Assembly (NCBI GenBank): GCA_002269645.1 | Contig: NIVC01000089.1 | Span: forward strand, 186,001 to 250,000 | DNA from: Macrostomum lignano | Lineage: Eukaryota | Direction: 5' to 3' | DNA length: 64,000 nucleotides | Shown: one piece after another, positions 20,950 through 46,921 of the stretch | How positions within the stretch are numbered: the first letter of the stretch is position 1 | Layout of the letters: each line of letters begins with the position of its first letter | Notes under the pieces: generated by a model | Database searches by the model: none | The model's input: only the letters and a program-made list of their open reading frames with translations | Told to the model about the DNA's origin: nothing | Position numbers and translations under genes: made by a program

Positions 20950-22381
20950 AAGCTAAGTGTGTCAGCTAACAGCATTCATTTGCAAAAAAATCTTATAACA
21001 TAAAAAAATTTGGATATAAATGCGATTCCCAAAAACACACTGCTTTTCTGTTTCTTATTTTCTTCAGTTTCTACTTATAGACATATTGTGAATACATTCA
21101 CGCATTCGCTCTTTCCCACGCGCATCTCCAACTGCTCACTGTTCATTTTCTTGCATTATGGTTAAAATTAAATAAAGAAATAATCGAGATTGGAGACCGT
21201 GTAAAAATTAAGAAAAATTCTACGTTTTTGTCATTAAACAGACTCGTATCCGTGATAAGAGTTATGTACTTTTGTTAAATTTAATAGTGTGAGAGCTAGC
21301 GTTGCTACGGCGGGCAAAAACGGCTGAGATTTGGCGTCAGGGCTTCTAAATATGAAATTCGAATTGAAATATGAATTTACTACTACTGCAAAAAACTTTG
21401 CGCACTACTAACCGCAGTAGATAAACTCGGACATAACTCCTAAATTTCCGCGACGCTCATTAAATTAAACAATTCTTCCGTCTTCCTACTTCAACTAGGA
21501 ATGTCTTCCGACTTACCTGATTGGCTGGCTAACATGGAAGAATAGAGTGATTTTAAACTAGGAATATGGCTTTCATTTTCTATGCGGGTGATCTATGCGA
21601 GTAAGATCCTTTACTGTTATCGTCTGTTCTCAAACATCAAAATGAATTTTCGAAGGAATCACTTTGCATTTTAAATTTGAACACACCGAAAATCGCTCCT
21701 GCGATCAGAGCTACAGTGACATATCGAGCTGAAACTAGACCAATATCAAAAGTCTACTATAGACCAAAATTGGTTTCCAAAATTGGTGTGCAAATTTTTG
21801 TGTCCCGTTGTGCGTTTTTATTTGTTCTTGTATATAGTCAATAAATGTAGAAATATATTCGTATTAACATTTATATAACTATAAGCTCCAGTTTATTATG
21901 AGTATTTAATTGACTAATCTTTAATGTACGCTTATTCAGGAATAAAATACACAATATATGCACTTATGTACCTTCTGAAAGCAGCAGGGCCCTAGCATAA
22001 ATTAATTTCTACTATACAGTTCCAGCTTTGCATTATGCCAGGGAATGTGCCATGATTTAATGGCTTTTCAATTCCATGCATACGTGTGGATGTACATGTA
22101 CGTTCGTATGTTGTCCATTCTATGCAATAAAAATGTAATACAATACAAGTACAATACAATGTAAAAGCACCTACACAAAGCTTATATGTGTAGTGAACAA
22201 GTGCCTTGTAGCTCACCGATATGTAAATTTACACAAAGCAGCTCGCATTAATGCCTTGTCTGCCTTTACTAATAATTTATTTTTGCCTTTTTCTGTAAGT
22301 TGTTAAACCATGAAAAATATTAAGGTTGAATTCTCATTCTCATTCGTCATCGTTTAAATAAAGTTGCTGCTACATTTCGGT

Positions 22382-23052
22382 CTACTTCATCCGCAGGGCT
22401 CGCCTGGACTTGGTGACCATGTTCACTACATCGTCAGAAGTGTCATCCGTGTTGGCCTCAAGCGGCAGCTCTTCATCTTCCAACATCTGGTCCAGCGGGG
22501 ATTCATCGCTGTAGCTTCAGCTTCATCAATTTGAGCCGTTCGGCAGGTTGGCACAACTAGGAGTGCCAGGGCGCCAAATTAAGAAGCAGCAGTTGAGACT
22601 TCATTGTATCTGGCGTCCACGGTCGAGTTTGAAAGCTTCCAAGCGTAGATTTTCAGCTATTGCTCGAAGTGAGGTTGCACTACCCGTGCTTCTTATTTTT
22701 AGAGGCTTGAGGATATGATTCTTCTTACGTGCCATTTACAACGTTAAGACTTCACGTGCGGCTTTAATTATATAACTCTTCACAGTGAGCTCGTATTTTT
22801 GGCTCAGTATGTCTGTTCCAACAGCAGCAACTCATAAACCCTGTTATAAGAGGGGTCAAAACATATAATAGCTTTAAGAAAAATTGTAGAAGTGATGAAA
22901 TGAAAAATCCCAGCAACTCAAACTCTTCAACAACAGATAAGCATGCTTGCACACGTGCACAAGGCTCACGAAAGGTCGACGAACTTGGCAAGTCTGGGAC
23001 CCGCCCAATTTGAAAGAGCGTCTGCTCTCACGTTGATGGAGCCATTGAGCAT
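22382..23052 (-). pseudogene. Decayed spliced gene fragment with acidic C-terminus, possibly of transposase origin
   Basis: Donor TC|GTGAGC at 22970 and acceptor ataacag|G at 22840 join in phase (..WAGPRLAKFVDLS/VYELLLLEQTY); several stops and frameshifts; ends YSDESPLDQMLEDEELPLEANTDDTSDD..RALRMK*. Confidence 0.35.
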
Positions 23053-23264
23053 GGGCTATTGCTATAGGTTCATTAAATCAAGTAATTTATATAAATGTAG
23101 TTCATATTTATCACAAATTATTTTGTGAGTGCAGTCTGAATTCTGTGGCTCTTGTCTACAATCACAATTTCGGGGCTATACGTAAGAAACGACAGCAAAA
23201 CGAAGGCGAACAAAGGAAAGACAAGACCGAAGTTTCTTACTTGTTTTTTACAAGGATTTTTACA

Positions 23265-23740
23265 GTGGTTTCCCCGAAGCCATTGCATAGGAGACTCAGG
23301 CTGGCCTGGGCCGCCTTACACTCCGTGCACTCAGTGCAACAATCTGAGGGTCGGGATGACGTGAGCAGGACTCAGCTGTTTCGGGGAGCTGTTGAGACCG
23401 TTCTGCTCTGCAACGCTGAGACCTTGAAGGATGCCCTGGAGAAGCAGCTGGACGTTGCACAGTCTGCGATGCTGCGCTCTGCGATCGGTGTGCACCCTGC
23501 GGGCCATACCCGTTACATGACCTGCAGTTGTGGACGGCGGAGCTGGGTCCGCGGAGACGAGGCCAAGGGCGAACGACGCGCTACCCCAAGCTACTTCTGA
23601 GGGATGCGCAAACCTCCGTTCTGACTCTGACTGGGAGCTGACTTCTAAAGAAGTGCGGCCCAAAGACGTGCATTTTGACACCTCTCACTTGTTTGGACGA
23701 CGCGAGGTGTACCTTATTGTTGTTGTTTTTGTTGTTGTTA
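23265..23740 (+). mobile_element. 5'-truncated non-LTR retrotransposon (RTE-like) fragment
   Basis: RLRLAWAAL..LFRGAVETVLLCNAETL..LEKQLDVAQSAMLRSAIGV matches the post-RT region of RTE-type LINEs; ends in a (TTG)n tail at ~23717-23740. Confidence 0.75.
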
Positions 23741-24061
23741 TAGGAATATTTCCCTTGTATGCTAATGCTTCTTATTGGCTAAGGCAGTGATTGTATTCAC
23801 TTTCATATGCGAGCGTAGTTGTGGGAAGAATTAAAATTAGACGTTCGCTACACAGAGCCACAGACATTCGATTGAATTCTGAGGGTCTGCATCCTTTGAG
23901 ACCAACATGCAGCAATCCTTATATAATTTGCCTAACGCTTAGCGTCAAGCGCAAAGTACTGCAGCTTACAGCAGCTGAGCTGTCCTGGCATCAGCGGTGG
24001 CGTAATAAAAATTGCATCGAAGCAACGGCTTTGATCGAGGTCAGCCGGATTTCCGATTGGC

Positions 24062-25231
24062 ATGCCAGGAAAAATTTCGCGCCTGCTGCTGCGAAAAGGT
24101 CGCAGAGTTGACAATGGCAACAGCTTGCAGGGGAAGACGGGCGATACGACGGTAGGTCTCCTGAAGCAGTGTCTCCTAGGTTGGTGCCCCTGTCTCCTAG
24201 GTTGGTGCCCCTGTCTCTTGGTGGGCGCCCCTGTCTCTTGGTGGGCGCCCATGTCTCTTGGTGGGCATCCCTCCTGCCCCCCCATTCGCGTACGGCACTG
24301 TCTTCAAGATGATTAAAAAAATTGATGCAAGCGTCAGTATCAGTTGATGCATGTAGCACTTCGCTAAGGTACAAAGCCAAAGTTTCAAAGAGCACCAAAA
24401 TTCTTGAACCGATCATTGAACTTTCAGCGCCAACAGGCGTCAGCAGCTGTTCAGTTTGAAGGCGACAACTGCTCCGTGAACAGCGGTGGCAGCGGGTCAG
24501 AAAAGCGGTACCAAGGCGGAGCCGGCCTTCTGAGGCGGCTGACCGGCCGTCTGGCGTCGTCCACGGCGCGTCGTCGGACGAATCGGGCTGCGCCGCGGCA
24601 GCCGCAGCAGCCGAAGCAGCAGAAGCAGCAGCTCAGCGTCGTGGCTCCGCTACCCCTAGCCGAGGCCTGTCCCGTGCCATCTGAGTCGGCGATGCTGCTC
24701 CGTCCGCCGTCGCCATTGCGGCCGCATCAGCTTCGGACGGCTGCCCCGACGGTGCATCGCGTGCGCCAGCGCCGCCTCCTGACGCCAGTGCGCACCGACT
24801 GCAACCCGCTGGTAGACGACGCCACCGACACGGAGACCGCCGAGCTGTCGTCAGTCTCGGTGTCCAAGATGGAGAGTCTCTCGTTGAAAGCGACGACTTC
24901 GTCATGCGACAGCTCCGACGGTGACAACGGAGACGACACCAACAGCCTTGTCAGCGACTGCGTCCTGCGACTGCGCATGACCACCACGGAGGCGACGGAC
25001 AGCGCCAGCCTGAACAACTGCAACAATGATGAACGAAGGCCAAGCCGCTGGCGGAGAAGTCGGCGAGACCGACATCGAGGCAGCAGTCGAGGGCGAAGGT
25101 CGGGCAGCCGACGCCGCCTGGCCCTGGAGGTGTCGGAAGGAGCTGACTCAGATTCTCTGAGTGGCTATTTGAGGAGGCTAAACTGCCCCAGCTGTCGAGA
25201 GCGCGCGCATCTGCCGCACTGGCCCGCCTAG
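24062..25231 (+). CDS. Two-exon hypothetical protein, 297 aa, largely disordered with basic and acidic patches and a C-terminal CxxC
   Basis: Exon 1 24062-24151 (ATG..ACG|GTAGGT); exon 2 24428-25231 (ctttcag|CGC..TAG); both phase 0; GC-rich like other host exons; intron contains a minisatellite. Confidence 0.6.
24170..24275. repeat. 20/21-bp minisatellite (GTCTCYTRG..GCCCCT, ~5 copies) in the intron of the 297-aa gene
   Basis: Direct reading. Confidence 0.85.
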
Positions 25232-25594
25232 CAACTCGACTGACTGGCGGACTATTGAATTTATTGAATTGTTTGTACACAAAAATACCTGCCCGTATTC
25301 CGAGATTCCCCATCCAAGCCGCCTGAAAAGTCTCTGGAGCATAGCAACGAAAATTTGGATTATGGTAGGGTTTTATCGCCGCCGGAATAGAAATGGTCTG
25401 GGAAAAATCCATTGATCCCTGATCACTCTTCGACGAAAACTGACTCAGAAGTTTGGGCCATGCTGCTGAGGCGTTCTTCCCCAACTGTCAAGGTATTTTA
25501 AAAGATTATCTTAACAAATGTCTTCAACATTTAAATCTGAACATTTAATCTCTACACGTAATCTGTCTCTTGATTCTCAAGATGCATCTATATA

Positions 25595-26470
25595 TTGTAT
25601 CTAGATATGGTGCCCAGACACTATCTAGACGCAGTGTCCAGACATTCTAGATGCATTGTCCAGACATTCTAGATGCAGTGTCCAGACATTCTAGATACAG
25701 TGTCCAGACATTCTAGATGCAGTGTCCAGACATTCTAGATACAGTGTCCAGAAATTCTAGATGCAGTGTCCAGACATTCTATATGCAGTGTCCAGACACT
25801 CTAGATGCAGTGTCCAGACATTCTAGATGCAGTGTCCAGACATTCCATTCTAGATGCAGTGTCCAGACATTCCATTCTAGATGCAGTGTCCAGACATTCC
25901 ATTCTAGATGCAGTGTCCAGACATTCCATTCTAGATGCAGTGTCCAGACATTCCATTCTAGATGCAGTGTCCAGACATTCCATTCTAGATGCAGTGTCCA
26001 GACATTCTAGATACAGTGTCCAGACATTCCATTCTAGATGCAGTGTCCAGACATTCTAGATGCAGTGTCCAGACATTCTAGATGCAGTGTCCAGACATTC
26101 TAGATGCAGTGTCCAGACATTCTAGATGCAGTGTCCAGACATTCTAGATGCAGTGTCCAGACATTCTAGATGCAGTGTCCAGACATTCTAGATGCAGTGT
26201 CCAGACATTCTAGATGCAGTGTCCAGACATTCTAGATGCAGTGTCCAGACATTCTAGATGCAGTGTCCAGACATTCTAGATGCAGTGTCCAGACATTCTA
26301 GATGCAGTGTCCAGACATTCTAGATGCAGTGTCCAGACATTCTAGATGCAGTGTCCAGACATTCTAGATGCAGTGTCCAGACATTCTAGATGCAGTGTCC
26401 AGACATTCCATTCTAGATGCAGTGTGTAGACTCTAGATGCAATAATATTCTAGATGCAGTGTCCAGACAC
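25595..26470. repeat. 22-bp minisatellite CTAGATGCAGTGTCCAGACATT (27-bp variants with extra CCATT)
   Basis: Direct reading. Confidence 0.96.
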
Positions 26471-26849
26471 TCCATAGATGCAGTATAGTGTCTCTAAAAA
26501 TGATATTTGAGCTAAAAATTCACTTAGAGTCTTTCAAAACCCTCTAGACACGGTATGAACCTTCTCAAAAGATTAAGCAAACTCAACAAGCCAGCAAGTC
26601 GCGGCGATCAGACTTCAGACTTCAACAGGCGCGCTTCTCCCAATCAACTGTTTGCAAACTTTTCAACCAGAATTTTTTGTCGCTTATCATAGCGCAATAC
26701 AAACGGCATAGCTGACCTGTACAATATTTACAGACTAAAGTACAGCATAAAAAGCTGCGTTTTTATACATCTGCCTTGTTTGTTATGACCTTGTTTTAAA
26801 GGGGTTTACAGATTTGCACTGCTATTCTTGTGCCGCCTAAATTAGACTC

Positions 26850-27738
26850 CCTGGGACAAACCTGGGGGACAAACCTGGGGGACAAACCTGGGGGACAAAC
26901 CTGGGGGACAAACCTGGAAGACAAACCTGGGGGACAAACCTGGGACAAACCTGGGGGACAAACCTGGAAGACAAACCTGGGGGACAAACCTGGGACAAAC
27001 CTGGGGGACAAAGCTGGGGGACAAACCTGGAAGACAAACCTGGGGGACAAACCTGGAAGACAAAGCTGGGGGACAAACCTGGGGGACAAACCTGGAAGAC
27101 AAACCTGGGGGACAAACCTGGGACAAACCTGGGGGACAAACCTGGGACAAACCTGGGGGACAAAGCTGGGGGACAAACCTGGGGGACAAACCTGGGACAA
27201 ACCTGGGGGACAAACCTGGAAGACAAAGCTGGGGGACAAACCTGGGGGACAAACCTGGGGGACAAAGCTGGGGGACAAAGCTGGGGGACAAAGCTGGGGG
27301 ACAAAGCTGGGGGACAAACCTGGGGGACAAACCTGGGGGACAAACCTGGGGGACAAACCTGGAAGACAAACCTGGGGGACAAACCTGGGACAAACCTGGG
27401 GGACAAACCTGGGACAAACCTGGGGGACAAACCTGGAGGACAAACCTGGGGGACAAACCTGGGGGACAAACCTGGAAGACAAACCTGGGGGACAAACCTG
27501 GGACAAACCTGGGGGACAAACCTGGGGGACAAACCTGGGGGACAAACCTGGGTGACAAACCTGGAAGACAAACCTGGGGGACAAAGCTGGGGGACAAACC
27601 TGGGACAAACCTGGGGGACAAACCTGGGGGACAAAGCTGGGGGACAAACCTGGGACAAACCTGGGACAAACCTGGGGGACAAACCTGGGGGACAAACCTG
27701 GAGGACAAACCTGGGGGACAAACCTGGGACAAACCTGT
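26850..27738. repeat. G-rich 12-14-bp minisatellite (GGGGGACAAACCT)n
   Basis: Direct reading; source of spurious PRFVPQVC ORFs. Confidence 0.96.
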
Positions 27739-28094
27739 CCTATTGCTACTCACTCTAATGACTTTTTGCCAAAGTTGTAGATAGAAACCCGTGCTACTTG
27801 GCAAGTAAAACATAAAAATACGCAACACATCTACTATCAGTAGTTGAATAATAATCAATAGCAGCTCACGCAGTTAGATGTATTTGGATTTATTTGTCAT
27901 GAAAAATCAGTAAATACAGTAATAGCGCATCTCTCTGAACCTCTGGCTCCCTTACGGCCTTCCTCTCTGCCTCCAAGCTGCCTCGCGGCCACAGCATCTC
28001 AGAGTTGTCACTAAAATGCTCGGTCTCAGCGGCATGGTCGAGGCGCTTGCTAACAAGGTTGTATAAGACCCAGGGCCCATAATAAAACCTGACT

Positions 28095-28915
28095 TATGAC
28101 TCTGACGCACGACTGACTGAAGACCTCAGACTGACTCTGACGCACCACTGACTGAAGACCTCAGACTGACTCTGACGCACCACTGACTGAAGACCTCAGA
28201 CTGACTCTGACGCACCACTGACTGAAGACCTCAGACTGACTCTGACGCACCACTGACTGAAGACCTCAGACTGACTCTGACGCACCACTGACTGAAGACC
28301 TCAGACTGACTCTGACGCACCACTGACTGAAGACCTCAGACTGACTCTGACGCACCACTGACTGAAGACCTCAGACTGACTCTGACGCACCACTGACTGA
28401 AGACCTCAGACTGACTCTGACACACCACTGACTGAAGACCTCAGACTGACTCTGACACACCACTGACTGAAGACCTCAGACTGACTCTGACGCACCACTG
28501 ACTGAATACCTCAGACTGACTCTGACACACCACTGACTGAATACCTCAGACTGACTCTGACACACCACTGACTGAAGACCTCAGACTGACTCTGACACAC
28601 CACTGACTGAAGACCTCAGACGGACTCTGACACACCACTGACTGAAGACCTCAGACTGACTCCGACACACCACTGACTGAATCACACCACTGACTGAAGA
28701 CCTCAGGCTGACTCTGACACACCACTGACTGAAGACCTCAGACTGACTCTGACGCACCACTGACTGAAGACCTCAGGCTGACTCTGACACACCACTGACT
28801 GAATCACACCACTGACTGAAGACCTCAGACTGACTCTGACACAGCACTGACTGAATACCTCAGACTGACTCCGACACACCACTGACTGAAGACCTCACAC
28901 TGACTCTAACACAGC
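28095..28915. repeat. 35-bp minisatellite CTGACTCTGACGCACCACTGACTGAAGACCTCAGA
   Basis: Direct reading. Confidence 0.96.
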
Positions 28916-29354
28916 ATCTTGGCTCTTACTAGAATACTATACGAGTACATGATATACATGTGCCATGTAATAAAATATTCATGAAATCTGCTTTTCCAAG
29001 TCCCAGTCCCAGATCTACATTCCAAGGCCTTAGGCTTAGTTATAGATTAATATTCTTAGCCAAAGCCCCTATGAGGTACAGAAGCTAGCGCATTCGTTTT
29101 CTGAAAAGAATTGATGGATTGACGAACTGTGTGAGATTGATGAGCAACTCGAGGCGGTGCTCGGCAGTTCGTCAGAAGGAAACTGAGAGCTGCAGATTTG
29201 GAATGCCTGAATTTGGGTCAAGCCATGCTTAATGAAATGCACTGAATTGAAGGGGCAGTATTTCTTATTGTTGCTGTATAAAAGTATTTGTGTTGAATAG
29301 CTATCATAATAGCATATGCTAGTAGAACGAAACCTAGGCTAGTATGAAATAGTA

Positions 29355-29720
29355 GTCGCATCATCTATTCTCATCTATTCTCTTCTTTTCTTATCTATTC
29401 TCGTTTATTCTGATTTATTCTCATCTATTCTCATGTATTTCCTCTAATTCTGATCTATTCTGATCTATTCACATCTTATTCTCATCTAATTCTCATTTTA
29501 TTCTCATTTTATTCTCACGTATTCTCATCTATTTCCATTTATTTTCATATATTGTCATCCATTCTCATCTATTCTCGTCTATTCTTGTTTAATATTATCC
29601 ATTCTTGTCTATTCTCACGTATTCTCATCTATTCTCGTCTATTCTCATCTACTCCCATTTATTTTCAGATATGCTAATCTATTCTCACCCTATTCTTATC
29701 CATTCTCATCTACCTCGAAT
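29355..29720. repeat. Degenerate 10-bp repeat (CTATTCTCAT)n
   Basis: Direct reading. Confidence 0.85.
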
Positions 29721-30177
29721 TCTAATCTTGTCAAAACTAAACTAAGTCTTAATCTTGTCGAATCTAATCTCATCTTCTGTCATCTAGTCTAACCTAGTCT
29801 AATCTAACATTATGTAGACTACTCACTGATCAATTTCATCAAAATCAAGCCCAATCAAGTCTCACTGAGTAAAATGAGCTCTGGGAGTTTCATAGCCTGG
29901 AGCCAGTTCCTAAACGCATCATTGACTCGAGATGCTTGTCTTATGAGCATCATTTCGTATTGAAACTGGACACCAAGCCTCACAAGCTGCGGTAATGGCT
30001 GCTCTGCATGTGATCTCTGGCAGATGTCAGTCCAAATGAATTGGATTTGCCAGCCATGCAGCCCCCCCCCCCAGCCCGCTGCGCATCAGCCGCCCAGCTT
30101 AAGTTACTCGTATAATAATCTACTACTGCGAGTAATGCGAGTAATACTAGATGCTAGTAGTTGTCAGCAACTAAGCA

Positions 30178-30179
30178 CT

Positions 30180-30232
<53 letters not shown>
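30178..30232. repeat. (CA)n microsatellite
   Basis: Direct reading. Confidence 0.95.
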
Positions 30233-30233
<1 letters not shown>

Positions 30234-30265
30234 GGGAGGTGCTCAACTTTCTATTCATGTAAAAT

Positions 30266-30790
30266 AAGGTTTGGCAAACTTTTTACCTCAAGGGCCTGAT
30301 GGAGAATCTAGTGCATGACTGCCGGCCAGAGGAGGGGAGAGAGAAGATTAGAATAGAGGGGAAGAAAAGTGAGAGGAGAGAAAGGAAAAGAGAGAGAGAG
30401 AAGACGAGAGAGGAGAGAAGGGAGGGGAGACAAGGTAGAGGATAGAAGGGAGAGGAGAGAGAAGAAAAGGGAGAGGAGAGAAGGGAGAAGAGAGGAGAGA
30501 AGGGAAAGGGGAGAAGGGAGAAGAGAGGAGAGAAGGGAAAGGGGAGAAGGGAGAAGAGAGGAGAGGAGAGAAGGGAAAGGGTAGAAGGGAGAGGAGAGGA
30601 GAGAAGGGAGAGGAGAGGAGAGAAGGGAGAAGAGAAAGGGGAGAAGGGAGAGGAGAGGAGATACGCTCGTGAGGGAGCCACAAACCTTGAGTGGGACGGA
30701 TTGCTATGAAGTTTCAAAGGACCCGGGGGGCTGGATAAAGAGGCTTGGCGGGCCGCATATGGTCCCCGGGTCGGAGTTGCCCCCCCCCTG
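30266..30790. mobile_element. Probable hAT/Charlie-type MITE with an internal GA-rich simple repeat (30330-30660)
   Basis: Left end GGTTTGGCAAACTTTTT..AAGGGCC and right end GGCGGGCCGCAT..CCCCGGG..AGTTGCCCCCCCCCTG resemble recalled MER58/Charlie-type termini; left TIR degraded, no clean 8-bp TSD. Confidence 0.45.
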
Positions 30791-31514
30791 AGTTGTAAAA
30801 TATGACGTCACCCCCCCTAGCCTGCCATCTGAGAGTCACCCCTGCCCTAGCTATAAGAAGGCTTATATTGGCCTGTGAAGATTAATATTGGCAGCAAAGC
30901 GACTGCTCCAAACTCTTGTTGAAGTGCGATCCGAGATTTAGCGCATTATACGTCAATATATTATATAAAAGAAGTCTTTCTTGGGCGGCATCGGTAGGAA
31001 TTAATTAATACGACGTAAATTTCTGTGCTCGGGGGACCACGCCAGACGGATAGCAGATTTATGGAATATATAATCCCAATCGCTTGCCTTGCTCTTTAGT
31101 ATCTCTGCTCCCTTTCCTCTTAGTTTGTCTATCGCCCTTTTCTTCCTCTCTTCTCCTCCCCTCTCGCACTTCTCCATCCCGTCTCTCCAATCTCTTCATC
31201 TACTCTCCCTCCTCTCTCTACTCTGTCTCTCCCATCTCTCCGTCCAGTCTCCCTCCTCACTTTATCGTCTCACCCATCTCTTCATCTAATCGCCTTCCTC
31301 ACTTAATCCTGTCTCACCCATCTCTTCATCTAATCACACTTCTCTCTCATCTAAAATTATTCTTTATCTATCTCTCTCTGTTTCTCCTCCCTCTCGTCTC
31401 TCAGACTGTAACTGTACGCTTTTATTCTAGCGAAAACTGCTGCTAACAGTCAATAGAATAAAGAGAATAGCCATGAACATTTTTCGTAGGGGAGCCATCA
31501 CATTTGATTTGGGC

Positions 31515-31702
31515 CAGGGGCGCCAGCGCCAGCACAAGGGGCGCCAGCACCAAGGGGCGCCAGCACAAGGGGCGCCAGCACAAGGGGCGCCAGCACAAGG
31601 GGCGCCAGCACAAGGGGCGCCAGCACAAGGGGCGCCAGCACAAGGGGCGCCAGCACAAGGGGCGCCAGCACAAGGGGCGCCAGCACAAGGGGCGCCAGCA
31701 CC
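31515..31702. repeat. 15-bp minisatellite GGGGCGCCAGCACAA (~12 copies) in the DEG/ENaC 3' region
   Basis: Direct reading. Confidence 0.95.
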
Positions 31703-31819
31703 ATTTAGGTTTGGGCGCGGCCCCCTTGACCCTCATCTCGGCTACGCCCCTGACTGTACTCAAGATCCAAGACCCGAGCTCAATCAGCTTAGAAGTTCAG
31801 CTCAAAGCGAGCAAATCCG

Positions 31820-37309
<5,490 letters not shown>

Positions 37310-38044
37310 GACTGCTGCTGTCCTGAGACTGACTATTCAACTATTCGGTGCAATTAGCTGCCGGTAAGAGGAGCTCGGCCTCGGCCTTCTAGCTGCTAAA
37401 TATCGACCTTTGATTGGGCTTCTTCGCTACTAATGCAATTCAAGCCGCAAGAGAACCCGAGTGGGATTAAACACAGCAGAATCTTTCAAGGCCTCTCTCT
37501 GCCTGTCTCCCCTATAGTTGTCAGCCAATCACAAAACAGCAGATTCAATCCATTTGCTACGTTGCAGGCAAAATCGTTAAGCAGTTGACTTTCATGCGCC
37601 AAAGTGTTTCATGGGTTCGATTCCGCATTCATTTGGAGCCTACGGTTCTCGCCCATAGGGGCTAACCCCCAAGCCATGCAACGAGTGGGTGTGTCACTCA
37701 TTATGGCTAAAAGATAATCCATCGAACTGGTGAGTTGATCTTCAGCATATTTTTGGCATTTTACTAAAGTTAGTAGTGCAATCAGCAACGTGTAACTGTA
37801 ATTTACGAGACCATGAAAAAATAATTAAATCATGAGCTGAATCTGGCTTGAGAGCCAGTTTTCGTCCAAATTTCAACTAATAGTGCATTTAAACTGTTTA
37901 CAAAACATATCGGTAGTATAATAACTGTCTGCACTTTTACCCAGTTTAGGTAAAAATCCAGGAATTCAAGCACGAAGGCCCTGATTTAATTTTTGATCAT
38001 TTAATTGCAGTAAAAGAAAAATCTGTACCATTAAAACTGACCTT

Positions 38045-38445
38045 TCAGTCCCTCCCTCTCTATCCCTACCTCTCCCTACCTCTCCCTCCCTCTCTAGCCT
38101 TCCCTCTCCCTCTCTCTTTCTCCCTCTCTCTCCTGCTCCCCCTCCCTTTCCCTCTCTCTCCCTCTCTCTCCCTTCCTCTCTCCTTCCCTATCTCTCCCTC
38201 CCTCTCTCCCCTGTCCCTCCCTCTCTCTCCCTCTCTCTCCCTCCCCCCTCTCTCTCCCTCTCTCTCTCCCTCTCTCTCCCTCTCCCTCCCTCTCTCTCCC
38301 TCTCTCTCGCTCCCTCCTCTCTCTCCCTCTCTCTCCCTCCCCCTCTCTCTCTCCCTCTCCCTCCCTCTCTCTCCCTCACAGTCTCTCTCCCTCCATCTCT
38401 CTACTCTCCCTTTTCTCTCTCTCCTTCTCCTTCCCTCTCTCTCCC
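38045..38445. repeat. CT-rich polypyrimidine simple repeat
   Basis: Direct reading; lies between the divergent DEG/ENaC and IRAG-like genes. Confidence 0.92.
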
Positions 38446-39113
38446 TCGTGAAGTTTCGAGCTTGTGAGACGACCCCCTCTCTTTCTCCTTTATCTCACTC
38501 TTACTCTTTCGATCTGCCTGTCTTTACCTGCACGAATTTATGCAATCAGCGAAGGCAGAAAATGCGTAGACAGGCCTCCTCCTGCCTTTCTGTCTTATCA
38601 ATATCTGACTTGTACTCTGTGCAGATAGGCATGAGCAAAAATTATTCGATCTCAACTTAAACTAGCAACCAAGTCAACTGTCAGTTCATATTCTGTTTTG
38701 CCAATTTTTTCTACACCAATTCTTAATTTTCGCGATCTTTTATGTAAGTAAAAATGTTTGGTAAATTGATAAACAATTTTTACTGTGGCAGTCAATTATT
38801 ATAACTGCATATGCAGATGGTTTCATTGTCTGTCTGCTACTTACGAGCTGTGTGTGTGTGTCTCTCTCCTACCGCTGCTCACATCGTGTCAGGCCAGTGA
38901 GTGAGTCGCTTCTCAACCATGCCAACCTCAGGTGCAGACGTACAGATTGCTACAAAAACTTGCTTAACCTGCCTTGTCTGCTACTCAAAGCCTCGTGTGC
39001 TCCTGCATCTTGTCTCTTTTCTCGCATGCGAAATCATGCTTAAAATTGTAGCAAAATTATTTTGCAGAAAATGGCTATAGTTTGAATTTCAATGAAGACG
39101 CTCCTGTTGTCTG

Positions 39114-46921
<7,808 letters not shown>

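Noticed and set aside
23991-24416. Minus-strand ORF with RILVLFETLALYLSE, reminiscent of hAT transposases
   Set aside because: It reads through a minisatellite and lies antisense to exon 1 and the intron of the better-supported + strand gene; no catalytic D/D/E or RW motif found.
38915-39113. Possible upstream coding exon (ATG CCA ACC TCA G|GT) for the IRAG-like gene
   Set aside because: Splicing to the 39069 acceptor hits TGA before joining the MANST frame; it would need an indel, so it was left out of the model.
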